Assembly: GCA_965153455.1 (NCBI GenBank)
Contig: OZ234493.1
Coordinates: forward strand, 13,196,213 to 13,260,212
Length of the DNA: 64,000 nucleotides
Direction of reading: 5' to 3'
Source: Sphagnum compactum
Taxonomy: Eukaryota
The translations under genes and the position numbers were made by a program. Position 1 is the stretch's first letter. Every line of letters begins with the position of its first letter. Of this stretch, positions 12,662-25,434 are shown one piece after another. The notes beneath the pieces were generated by a model, which was given only the letters and a program-made list of their open reading frames with translations, was not told the DNA's origin and did not search any database.

Positions 12662-15480
12662 ATGGCTATGGCGATTACTGGAGCTTCTCCTCATGAGAGT
12701 CGGTGGGGTAACGTAGCAGCGTGGGAGCAGCAGCCGAAGACCGACGGGCTGTTGAGAGGTGGTGATGGAGGAGGAGGAGGAGGAGGAGGAGGAGGAGGAG
12801 GAGGAGGATGGGAGCTTAAGGACTGGGAATCTATAACCCTGCTGTATGCTCCCACCACCACGACGATGACGGCGGCTGCTGCTGCTGCTTCTTGCGTAGG
12901 AGGAGGAAATGCAAACGAGAATTGCAGCATTTTGCACGAGGTTTTCTCCATGGTGAAATCCGAGCCTGACACTGGTCATCAGCTGCATGAAGCTGCTCCT
13001 GCAGCTCTCAAGCTTGGACTTCGTCTGCCGGAGAAGAATGAGGAGGAGGAGGAGAAGGAGGAGAAGGTTGTTTTCAAAGGCTGTTCTTCTTCTTCTTCTG
13101 TTGCTGCTGTTGCTGCAGAAACAACAACAGCAACCTCGGTGGCAGTGGCGGCCGTTGCTCCTCCTCCTCCGGTAGTAGCAGTAGTTCCTTCTTCTTCCTC
13201 CTCTCCTTCACATCCATCGAGCAAGAAGCAGCGGGTGATGTCTCCTGAGAGTCAAAACCCTCGCTGTCAAGTGGAAGGGTGCACGGCGGACTTGAGCGCA
13301 TCCAAAGAGTATCATCGGAAACACAAAGTCTGCGAGGTGCATTCCAAAGCTTCCAGAGCTATGGCGGGAGGACGCGAGCAACGCTTCTGTCAACAATGCT
13401 CCCGGTAGGTACACCTCCGAGTGCACTAGACTACAACTATACACTCTCTCTCTCTCCTCTGCACAAGCTCGCCTTTCGCCCTGAGAGAAGACTGACTGAC
13501 AGAAACTCTCTTCTGTTCGTTCTCTCTGTCTTTTGTTGCTGCTGCAGGTTTCATGTGTTATCCGAGTTTGATGAAGGCAAGCGTAGCTGCCGGAGGAGAC
13601 TAGCAGGCCATAATGAGCGTCGCCGGAAGCTCCAGCCTGACGCTCAGAACTCTGCTGCTCTCAGCAGTCGAAGCTCATCACCCATGCACACTGATGCCTT
13701 TCACATGCATGGAGCAGCAGTTTCTCTTTCCCTTGAAGGTATACAAAATGCCTCTTGCAGTTCTCTTCTTGTTCTTGTTCTTATTCTTCTGTGAAGCAGA
13801 TTGTAGAGGAAGCAAGTAATGGTTCTTTTCTTCTTCTTCTGGTGTAGAGCAAGCAGATTCTACAGTTAAAGTAATGGCTTTCTTTTTCTTCTTCTTCTTT
13901 TGTGAAGCAGACTGTAGACACACACAGCTTTTGCAGCAAATTAGAGGCACAGGAGGTATTCCGGCGACTTTGGATGATGATGAGGAACACTCTATCCCTT
14001 TCCTGAATGGGGCGAATCTCTCTTCTTGCCCTCCTTGGAGTTCGGATGAGAATGTACGAGCACCATCCCAGCAGCATCAGGTTGGCTTGTTGATTGTAGT
14101 CATGCTGGATTTCATGATTTTTCTAAGCCCTGCTTTCTCCACAGAGCTTCAAGATTTCCTTCCCTGACAGCAAGAGTTTCCTGAGTGTAAGTTTGGAGAG
14201 CTTTCTTTTGCTGCAACTTTAATCTATGCAAAAAAATCAGACTAGAATGTTGTCAGTCAGTCCCCTATGAAACAGAAGCCTCAGGAACCTTGTGACTGTT
14301 TCTGGGAGTAAATGGAACTTGGTGGTGCTTTTTGTCGTCTTGGGTCTATTTTTCTTTTAAAGAGAGACAGAGACAGAGACAGAGAGACAGAGAGAGTTGT
14401 GGACAACTTTCTGTACAGTGTTGATTGAAGAATGGAGGAAAACTTTTCTGTTGATGATGCCTGCCCATCAGAGTCCACTGCTCACCATCAAGGTTTTTGT
14501 TGTTTTGTTTGTTGTGTTTTTGAGTGCAGCAGGTTGGAGGTAAAGAGGAGGGGCATTCAATCTTCTTGGACCAACACCACCACCACCATTTTTCTTCCCC
14601 ATCCAATCGTCTGCTCATGTTTCTCCAGAGCCCTGACAGCCAAATGCAAGGAGTTTTGTACCCTTCAATAGATGTGGCCTTGAGCAACCTGGGTTCTTCA
14701 CATGAGTTTGTGGATGGAGGAGCCAACAAGCGGCCTGCTTCTTCTTCTTCTTTAGGTCAAAATTTGTCCCTTGGCGGTTTGGAAGATGACTACCATAACC
14801 TGGGATGTGACGACTCTCAAATTTCTGGCCGTGCTCTTTCTCTTCTGTCATGGGGGACTCCTTGTGCCCCTGATGCTGCTGCTCTTGACCTCAGTATTGA
14901 CCATACAAACTTGGAGTACCTTGTAGCTGATAACACCTGCAGCAACTTAGCTTCTTCTTTCACACATCATCTGCACCAGCAGCAGCACCATCAACAGCAG
15001 CAGCCACAAGAGCAATATCTTGCACTTGAGAAGCTCTATCAAGTGCAATCTGCAGGTCTAGGGGGCATGGAGGTCAGTGAAAGTAGCAGAATCACAGACA
15101 GCCATCCTCTGGAACAATCCACTCAGCTGCAGCATGCTGGTGGGACAACCTCAGGTAACTTTCTTTCATCTCTCGGTGGGTTGGGGTTGGATGCTGCAAA
15201 CTCCATGTTGGCACTTTTCCAGTCAAGCAATGAGTTGGAAGGAATTCCGAGTTGTGGAGTGTCCAGGAGTGCTCAGCAGATCTCAAAGGCCACCAGTGAT
15301 TTGGTGCACACACCAAGCTTGCAGGTGCATCATCATCAGCACCATCTCCATGAGGTGCGTGCTAGCGTGCATCTACAAACACAGACAAACTCTTTGAATG
15401 GAGAGTTTGGAGAGTTTGGTTCACTGCAGCAGCATTGTGAGAGATCCTTGTTCAGCAGCACCCAACAGCAGATGCTCTAG
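12662..15480 (+). CDS. SPL: SQUAMOSA promoter-binding protein-like transcription factor (miR156/529-targeted type), ~684 aa, 4 exons
   Basis: SBP domain [25 protein letters not shown]...[34 protein letters not shown] with the conserved intron. Exons 12662-13404, 13548-13738, 13911-14080 and 14530-15480 (NAGNAG alternative 14533) are all GT-AG and phase-compatible (2055 nt). RALSLLS motif present. Confidence 0.93.
14826..14850 (+). promoter_or_regulatory. Overlapping miR529/miR156 target site in SPL CDS
   Basis: GTGCTCTTTCTCTTCTGTCA (14831-14850) is near-complementary to miR156. TGGCCGTGCTCTTTCTCTTCT (14826-14846) is near-complementary to miR529. The site encodes GRALSLLS. Confidence 0.9.
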
Positions 15481-15868
15481 AAATTAAGCAAGCAAAGCTT
15501 CAAAGCTCAAACTGCAGGGATGGTAACAGAAAACACTTGCAAAGTTTCCTAAATTCTTAGTTAAATAAAATCCCGTTCTTCTTTGTCAGCATTTCCTTAA
15601 GCAGCAGCATCATAATTCTTGATGCTGCATGGGAATCCCCTGAATGCCAGATGTTGGAGTAAAAAACATTCTTTTTCTTAGAGGTAATCAAAACTATGAA
15701 CTCAAGCTGCTCTTCCTCTTCCTCATGGGCTGAGCATTTGCACATCTCTGAGGGCTGATCAGACTTGTGCACAGTTGCGCAACTTGAATATTGCCAGGAA
15801 GTTCATGGGATTTGCAAGCTTTTTTAGGGAAGAAGAAGAAGAAGATGATGATGATGATGATGATGAAG

Positions 15869-15952
15869 CTCTAATGTTTGCACAAGGGTGTGAACCATGG
15901 CCTCTAATGTTTGCACAAGGCTGTGAACCATGGCCTCTAGTGTTCACACAAG
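15869..15952 (+). repeat. 33-bp tandem repeat x2.5 in/near SPL 3' UTR
   Basis: CTCTAATGTTTGCACAAGG(G/C)TGTGAACCATGGC repeated. Confidence 0.85.
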
Positions 15953-16570
15953 GCAAGGCTGTGATTTGAATTCAACTATGTCAACAACACAAGTGGGTGG
16001 TAGGCCGTTACAGAAAAATTGCATAATTTTGTTTCATTCTGTTGCCCTCTGTTTTGCAATTTCTCTAGCTTTGTTATGTAAAATGGACATGAATGCGAAG
16101 CAGGGAGCTTCCTTAATGGAGTCGGGAATAGGAATTTTAAAAAGTTTTGTTGATGGGCATTCCCCTTAAGAGTTTGCAACAATTTTATGCAGAATCATGA
16201 GTTTCTTAGGGTTAATCACTAGGGTGAGGGTATTCCCAAAATGAAGGTCCGTCCCATCATGAAGCAAGTGGCCATATTTAATATCATTACATCATAAAAC
16301 AATTATGAAAGCCCTTCACTAAGCCTAAAGACATGTATTTATTGATATCTTTTTTGAATCCTGTGATACTTGATGGATATGACTTGGAAAAATTACAGAT
16401 ACATAAGTGGACCATTTCAAAAAATCAAATGCTCGTCGTCAAAGTAGTCATTAGTCAAAGCACCTCATAAACAACAAAGGGAAACATTATGCTATGTAGG
16501 GTGCTTTCTTATTAGATTGAAAAAATCAATCCATGTCTTTACTTAATTATATAGTTGATGTTTCAAGAAG

Positions 16571-17341
16571 TATTATGCCAAAACATGAAATACATGACTA
16601 ACATTTTATGATTATTTGTGCAAATTTAGTCGTGTAGTCATATACAACATGCCTTTTGAGTCTATGTTATTAATGTAATTTCAATCATGATTATGATCAC
16701 GTGATGATTACAATTGTAATAGTCGTTTTGAAAAAAGTGTAACTAGTCTAGGTAGGTAGGTCATGTAATACGTAATTAGGTTAAGTAGGGAACTATGTCA
16801 GGTTAAGTAGGCAATTGGGCTAGGTAGCTAGTTAGGTTAAGTAAGTAGGTTAGGTAGGTTGCTAGGTTACTAAGGTGGTTTTTTAAAATGTTCATAGTAA
16901 TATCATGACAAAATATATTATTTGATGAATGCATGGTGCAATGATTAAGGACTTGGTCTTTTAGCGTGGATGCGAAGGGTTGAAATCCTCATATTTGAAC
17001 CCTACATATGTATATGCTTATCTAGGTGAGGCTAAGTTTGTAACCTTGTTTAAGTTTTTAGCTTAACTTAGGTTGCCTAGGCTAGGTTGTTTAACTACAT
17101 TTTAATAGGTAGATAATTAAGTAGGCAAGTATATAGGGTGGGTTAGTAGGTAGGTTTGTTCTTCGTGAAAGCAGTTGCAATGCTTATTTCTTAATGACAT
17201 TTGTGATTACAACCATGAAAACAATTAATGGCAAAAGCAACGCCTGTTTACATTGGGTATTAGTTATGTAGTCCAAAGCACCATAAAGGATTACAAATGT
17301 AATTGATTGTGTAATCATAAAAACTAGATTTTGGCATAATG
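16571..17341. mobile_element. Non-autonomous CACTA-like element (C>T decayed TIRs)
   Basis: Left TATTATGCCAAAA and right TTTTGGCATAATG, consistent with CACTACGCCAAAA after deamination. Flanks AAG/AAA resemble a 3-bp TSD. Internal GATTACA/TGTAATC repeats and TAGG-rich tracts. Confidence 0.55.
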
Positions 17342-18764
17342 AAAGTTCTTATAATTTTATTCACAATTACATCAAAATAGTTTTGACAACAAGAAGGAAA
17401 ATTTTGTTGTGTTGTTTGATTTTATGCCAAATAACAAGTTTTTTAAATAATTTATTTTGTTTTGTAACACATATGAAAAAAATTAATCCCATGAATAAAT
17501 GTTATAACATTTTATCCTTTTTGTGGAATGCGAACAATTTTCATGTGTTAGGATTTCTAGTTTGTTCATTGTCATGTCGAGTTTCTTTTATTTTGCGTGG
17601 CAAATTTTCGCATTACATTGACACAAAAAGACATATTGAAAATATTGTGTTGTAAATGCCTGCTGTTTTACCCCAAAATTGAGTGAAATTTCGATTCTTG
17701 AGAAAATATCACCAATTTTTTTATTGCCCGCAAAAGTATGTCATCACTTTGCTATTGTTTCAAAGAAACTATGGATAATATTTTAAAATTGTCGCCCAAT
17801 GAATGCTAAATCTACTTTGAGATGTTTTGTGCCTCCTTCGACTTCAAATAATTGGAAAACAAAACACACACACACACTTATCATGTTCATCCTTGGATTT
17901 ACATTTATGGTTATGATTTGAATCAAGCAAATGTGTGGTGGGAGGACAATGTTGCTTCAACATTATGGTAACTCTTTGACCTATTTTTTGCATGCAATGA
18001 ACATATTAAACATAAGTCAAATCAATGAATGGAAACATTAATTTCATATATAAAATATACCCAAGATTCCCTCTTAGGTACATTTCATATAAGGAATTAA
18101 TGTTTCACTATGTTGCACATTACTAGTGACAATTTTTTTAATCGAAGGTTTTTAAACATTGTTAGGGTGTAGAAATATACAAAGGGAATTTTTAATTTTT
18201 AATTTTTAAAAACTAAATATGTGCATCATCATAATATTGTCTTACATTAAATCTAATCTAATTATGGATGATTTTTCTTTTCTTTTTATTAAACCTTTTG
18301 TTTTACATGCATATTAACAATTATTTAACAAGGCAATGTTGAAATGCAATTTATGTATTGGTCTAAATTCTATCCACTTTACATAGAACTAAAATGGGTT
18401 CATCATTTTGGATATGGTAACCCAAAAAAATGATTTGATAAACAATTTTTAGTATGGGTCTTCATTTGTGTGCTAATATATTTTGAAATTTCTAATTGGA
18501 TGTTAACTATTATGTCAACTTGCATAAACAATAACAAAAAGTCTATAAGAACAGGTATCATGTTGTTGCATGATGGTGATGTGGATATAAATTAATAAGC
18601 AAGATGGAAGAAAACTTTGGAGTCTTTCAAATGTTTCATGATTCAAAATTTTGTTGGCCCAAGTGCAAATCTTAAAAGGTTCAAAGGAATACAACTTTGC
18701 AAAATTCCTCTTCTAAGCTTTTAAGAGAGACCACAAAAATGAAAGGTGATCCTATGAAAGGTTA

Positions 18765-19095
18765 AATAGGATGGCCAATGGGAATTTCCACATATGATGT
18801 GAAAAGGCAAAAAGTATGGCAAATGGGAAATTCCCCATGTGATGTGAAAGGCAAATAGGAAGGTCAATGGGAAATTTCATATGTGATGTGAAAATTAGGG
18901 CCAATGTGATGAAGAGGCATTGATTAGTTGAAATGGCTCAAGTGTTATCATTCAAAGTGTGAAACAAATGTGAATAGGAACCCTTATTGTTCCAAGTGTC
19001 AATTCAAGTGTCATTGGCCCCAAGTGTCGATGTTTGGAATGTGAAAGGCCAAACAGAAAGGGCCCATATGATGAAGAGGCAATGATTGGATGGAA
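18765..19095 (+). repeat. Degenerate tandem repeat (AATGGGAAATT.C.CAT.TGATGTGAAA.GGC)
   Basis: Three to four ~45-bp related units plus duplicated TGATGAAGAGGCA.TGATT.G.TG.AA. Confidence 0.6.
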
Positions 19096-22000
19096 AAACC
19101 ATCTTTTAATTTGTTAATTAATTTCCAATGATAAAAATCACTTTAAATTCAATAACTTTTGCTCGATTGGTCCAAAAGTTGCAAAATAACCACCATGCAC
19201 ACCACTCATTGAAGTGGAAATGTGCAAAAGTGCAATGAAGGGCCCCAAGGTTCAATAAGGCTAAAATGTGGTCACAAACAAAACAAACACATGTTTTAAT
19301 ATGTAGATAAAAAATCATTTATGTGGGGCATCTTAAAGTCAAGTTGAAACAAAAAGGATGTCATGACCATTGCAATTTTCAAAATAATTTCTTATTAGGT
19401 GTTTAAATGAGTATAAGCTCATGTTTAATCAAATGCATTACAAGGTGAATTGTAATTTGTTACAAGGTTAATTTTCAAAAAGGAATTCAAGTTATGGCTT
19501 TCCTAATATGTCATAAATGACATCATTAAAAAGTAAAAGGAAAAACATAACAAGGTTTAAAAATTTATAAGGCCTTTCATTTTCATGTATGTGATTGATG
19601 CATTTGAATTAATGGATGTAAAAAGAATGTTTTGATTTTTCATTCTATACATTTCAATTAAGGTCTCAAATAAATATTAATTGAATTTATTAAAGGACTA
19701 CCAAATATAATCCTAGGTGGTACATCTTAGTATGAAAACACTCATAGGGTTAAACAATTTACAATTTTGGGTTTTAATTACATTTAAACAATTTGGAATC
19801 AATGACCCTTGTCTAATATTGATTATGTTACATATATACTCAAAGGATATAATTAAAAGCTATTTAGTTTCATTAAGTTTTCAAATATGTGGGAACTAAC
19901 ATTCAAGAAATTAGAAGCTCATAATTTTCTTAAATGTTGTGTATTTGTCTATATGTCTAATGTGCTTCACATCTCTTTGCGTATTTGCATTTTTTTCACA
20001 TTTCTTTTGACGATGAGAGGTGCCCACATAAGCTATACAAAAAGTTTGGCAAAGATACCCATGTGGAAAAGAGTATAAACACTTCATAACTTTGTTACAA
20101 TTCTCAAGGAACACAAGCTATCCATTACAAATTGCATGGGCAAGGAAATTGTAGAATGACAAAAAGATAAAGTGACTAAAGTGAAAGATGAAAGTACTTT
20201 GAATTGCCTACACTTGGGATAGAATTATGTATATGCATTGATGTGATTAACATGTTGGATGTTTATCATCTCAAAGATTCAATTGCTTCTACTCATGTTC
20301 TTTCTTATGTAGATTTCTTATGAATGTGTTTGGGTCTTGCATCCATATGGGTCCAAACGACATTTAATGAACCAATGTGTTTACTTTGCATTTAGGACTA
20401 TTGTCCTTTTTGGGGTCCTTTTGTCAAAAAAACATGTTTTTATAAAGAGGACTTTCAAATGAAATATTTTGAAATCTTCTATTTATTGTATTTATAGTTG
20501 CCCTAATATGACATATGTTTTTTTCAGTCAATTTTGAATAAATACAAATTGTTGAAAGTGTACAGATTTTGCCAAATTTTGTGTTTCGTTTTGAAAAATT
20601 ATCACAATTTTAAATCATACCAAAACATGTTAATATTTTCAAGTTTAATTTCTTACATTATAAGCTATAACTTTTATTAAAACAACATATACGTCGTATC
20701 ATATTTACATGTCGTAAATGACTCATGAACTTTTTTTAAACCTTAAATTTTAATAAAATTTTATTGAAAAAATATATAAATGTGAGTGCTTTTTATATGT
20801 GTTTAATAGTACCCTATTACTACAAAGACTTTGAGGATCAAAAAATTTGTATTATGAAAACTAGGGGGCCTTTGTGAAAGTAATGTTATTGATTGCAGAT
20901 GTTAAACATATTTTGTTCAAACCAAACTTTGATATTGGAAGAGTGTTTGGCTCGATTAAATTTTTCAATATCCATATTATTCAATAAACACAACTTCCCA
21001 TGATTCACATGCCATTAAAATGGCACCACATAGATAAATGTAATAAGAATTGTAAAAAAGTTGACTTTTTTACATCATTTTTTGCTCGTTTGAACTCATC
21101 CACACCCATATGTTCTTTGACTCCTATGGTCATCTAAGTTGTTGTTTTGCTTGAAGGTGTAGTTTAGTTGTTTTTTCAACACATATAATTTGTGTGCATG
21201 GGATCTAAGGTGGTATGATCAAATTACCTTATGTATCATAAACAACTCAAGGGAAATTTTTGGTTTCTAACAATTTTCTGAGAAATGAAAGGAATAAATA
21301 TTGTTTAGAATCAAAGGTAAGTGGACATGCATTTGATTATGATTTTAAAAATTGCCTTCATATCATTGATGTACACAACATACCTTTGCTTATTTTGGTC
21401 CTCCCCCAAATGCAAGGCCAATTTTCAAATTTTAGACTTTTTCGATTGGACCTTGTTGGGTGATTTGAATCTCATTGGATATGTAGGCGCATGAGCCTTT
21501 ATTTGGTTGTCTACTTCCATCAACTTGAGTGGATTAATCACAAGAAGAAATCTTATCCTTTTTCACTACCCAAATTCACCAAGTTTTAAATGAAACAAAA
21601 CAAAATTGACTAATATGCAACTTGTATGGTTTTGGTCAAAAAGGATTAATTGATTAGGACATTTTTAATGAAATGGTTTTAAGTTGTTTTGATAGTCACA
21701 TGTTGCATTACATAATTTTTAATTTATGATTATGACATGGATATATGAGGTCCTAAATTAATATGACGTGGAATAAAACGCCTCAACATCATATATATTT
21801 TTTCATTTTTTCATTTTTTTTTGGATCATGGAATCACAAGTCATATTTTTTGTACGGCATGGCATGACAAAATTACATGCCATAAAAAAAAAATCTAATT
21901 TTATTGTAATTTTTTCAAAAAAAAGTTTTCACATCATTAGCCATGATGTACATGTTCCTATATTGCATTTATAGAAATTACATTGACGCATTTATTAAGG

Positions 22001-24682
22001 TTTGAACCCAAGACCTCATGGAGGCACACCATGATTTTAACCACCAAACCATTTCAAGACCATATTAATAAAAAATGAAAAAATTTAAGTTTATTATGTT
22101 GGCATGGAATTTTTTAGGAAATTCAAACTTTAACATACGTTTTCTTTTTCAAACTTTATTCAAATGCTACAAATGAAACCATGATATTGAAGTTTATTCA
22201 ATAATGTGTTCAAAAAATTATTATACTTTAAAAATATTAAATATAAGATGTTAAAAAAACACTCAAAAATATCATGTCATAAACAACCCATGGATATTCT
22301 TATGTGGTGCCATTTGAAAATCATGTGGTAAATGATGAAAGCTAAGGAATTCATTTGGAAAGAAAATTATATATTAATCTTAGGCTTTTGAAATTAATTA
22401 ATTGTTGCATAAAATAAAATCCATTTTGTAACTTATATATTTTTGGAGATGCATAAATGCCACATGCAAAGCGACCAATTTAAAAATATTTATAACACCA
22501 TAACATACACCTACAAGTGTTGAAATCAAATGCTTGCCATTATCTTTCCTATTTACACACTTAAAAAAATGGATAGAACATTTGTAAACATTATGTTAAT
22601 TACAATTTAAAATAATAATTTATTTGGCTTGTATTTTTGTTGTAGGTTGCAAAAGTTTTAATTTGTGGTGTGATGTATGGTGTGTGATGTGATTCAAAAT
22701 TGATATTCGCTTTAATCAACATTAGTCAAGTCCAACTTTAGAGCATCTTCGCCTCTGCTAGTGCCCAATATGTGGCCCTACATTGTGCATCTTAGATGAG
22801 GTGCAATAGTCATATGCGGTGAATTCATTAGAAGACAACTTTGACCCTAGAATAATTTGTAATTTTTAGGGCCTTTGGAGGAGCCATGGAAGAGTCTAAA
22901 CATAATTAAATCATATTTATTGACTTCTCCTTATCTTTGATTAGTCCAAGTAGGTTGCTAGTAGTAATCTCCGACCTATTTGCAATCCCATTTTTAGTTT
23001 TATGAGTAGGAATAATTAAATAACTATAACTTGGATGTGAGAAATATTTTGCAAGGTCACATACTAAGCACTACTAGAGATGCTTTTGTAACATAATCTT
23101 GTATGCCTTGTTTCATGTTTCAACATTTTAATGTTAAGATTTTAATCCTATTTATTTTTTGAAAACATTGATATTGTCTTCATTTATGCACACATGATGA
23201 GGCATAAACATTATGCTTTGGTAATAGGCTTCATACTTGTGATAGTTATTTTGAGATCATGTTTATGTCAAGGGATGAATTAGTTGCCTTTGTAAAAACA
23301 ATCATGTCTTGTTTTCTAACACATGTAATAGGAAAGTAATTAGATTACGAAACTTCAAATTTGTGCAATCAAACTTGTTTTGTAACCTAATTTGTAATTC
23401 TAGTGACAAACTTGATTTAGAACTAGTTTATGTGCAATTTTTTGAAGTAGGAAATGGTCAATTGAATTTTTTGGTAGTGATACTTTTAGACACAAGTTAA
23501 ACAACCTCATTTTGGTTGTTTTAAAGTATTTGGAGTAACTTGTTTAATTATATATATAAAGTTCAAAGACTACTTGTTAATTCCAAGATTGCAAGAAAAG
23601 GATTGAGGGTTGGAGTTTGCTCATGCTTTGATGTTTTGAGTTTTTTTCTTGTGTGGAACAAGTTTGTGTTTTTTTTTAATGGCATTGGTGGAAATATTTT
23701 TTAAATTTGGATTTAGGTTTTTAAAAGTTTTGTTGAACAACTTGATTTTAATTGTTTTGGGAACAACATTTGAATTTGAAAGGTTTAGGCTTTGTGTATA
23801 GTTATTTGCTTCATAAGTTAAGCTGAAAAGACGCAATAAGGGGATCAATAAGAAATGCTTGATCATGTTTGATGGTTTGAATTAATGTTAAGCAAACAAA
23901 TTTTGGTTGTTTTTATACCATCAATGGAAATATTGTCTAATTTGGATATAATTCATGAATGAAAATAATTATGTGATAAAAAAATGTTTGTGGCTAAATT
24001 TGGACAATGAAATAAAATTTATTTAAGTTATTCATTTTTAATCAAAGAAGATAATTAAATGGTAGAATTGCAAGAACGAATTCAAGTGGAATTTGACATC
24101 CAAGCATTTTCCAAAAATTACAATTATGTACAATTTTATCCTTGTAGAACGTCAAGTAATATCCCACAAGTTGAAATCATTAGTTTTTGTATTCATATAT
24201 GTCTATTCAACAATTTGCAAGAGATTTGGTACATGTTCCACCAGGGTGGGTACACCATGTTCGCAACTGTTATGCATGTGTGGAGTTTGATTGGGACTTC
24301 CACAATCTCGAAAGCTTGATACTCATCGTGCAAAGTAATCAAATGGGACGAAACATTATAACTAATGCCCTGGACTACATGGCAGTGACACAAATATTGA
24401 TAGTTGTAGTTGTTGCATTTGTTTAGCCTATGGTTTTATCCTAATTCAAGGTTTGGTTTTGTTTTTTTGGTTTGTTTTTCCCAATCAATTCTAACTTTTT
24501 TTTTTGCAACATTATGATGTAGATGAGACAAATATGAACATTTGAACGACCCTTGTTACAAAGTGATTTGGCAATTTTGTCATTTACAACAATTCCTTTT
24601 TCGAAAGTGGATTCTCATTCCTATTCAAAAACTTAGTTAGGTTGTTTCATCGGTTAAGTTATTGGTATTACCTAACTATATA

Positions 24683-25434
24683 TTGGGAGTTGTTATGAGG
24701 CAACCTCCTTTGATGTTAATCACAAAGTATCTTGCAAGGGGAGACATGTATGAACTATTATTGAGGAAGAAATAAGCCTTGCTTGTTCTTCTCATTGTGA
24801 AATATTATCTAGATATAGCAAGAGGCATGTGTTACATGCACAATGGTCCAAATGCAATAATCCATCGAGATTTGAAACCATGCAATGTCATTTTCGTTGA
24901 AGCCCATGAACTCAAGGTTGGGGACTTTGGTCTCAACAAACTCATCAAGGTAAATCATTTGCATGATGTGTACAAGATGGCAGAGGAGACATGGAATTAT
25001 AAGTACATGACACGACAAAGGAACTTTTGTCAATGTTCGAGATTGTTGGGGGAATTCCCCCTGTGTTGATGCCTTGGCATTGAAGCATATGTAGATGGCG
25101 AAGCTGTTGAAAGATTAGGAGGGAGAAGTGATTGGTGATCATAAGGATACAATGTTTATTTCGCCATTGCTACAAAATGGAGATTGGGAGATAAGTCCTT
25201 CAGAAATCAACTTGGAACATAACGTTCATATCGAAAAATGATCATTCAGAGAGATTAAAAATGCAATATGGAGAGGAACTCCATGGATGTGAAGACTATC
25301 CAACCTTCCTTGTCAAAGGATATGGCGGTGTTAAAGGATTTCCAACACGATGTGGAGTTCATGGTCAAGGTTTGACATCTGAACATTGTTTAATACTTGG
25401 GAGTTGTTATGTAGCGACCTCCCTTGATGCTAGT
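24683..25434 (+). pseudogene. Rearranged (circularly permuted) pseudogene fragment of a VIK/ILK kinase
   Basis: 24683-~25012 aligns to 29930-~30257 (DIARGM, HRDLKP, KVGDFGL). ~25020-25434 aligns to 29552-29967 (N-terminal part of exon 2). It contains stops, frameshifts and many C>T/G>A changes. Confidence 0.9.

Noticed and set aside
13497-13530. TGACAGAA and CTCTCTTCTGT in SPL intron 1 resembling miR156 and its target
   Set aside because: Only 8-11-nt matches inside a polypyrimidine tract, too short for a precursor.
23069-23479. CACTACTAG...GGTAGTG possible small CACTA element
   Set aside because: The TIR match is limited to ~6 bp and the flanks (AAG/ATA) do not form a TSD.
24059-24430. Possible gypsy protease remnant (and gag-like sequence at ~25500-26030)
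   Set aside because: Too degenerate; no diagnostic motif is intact.
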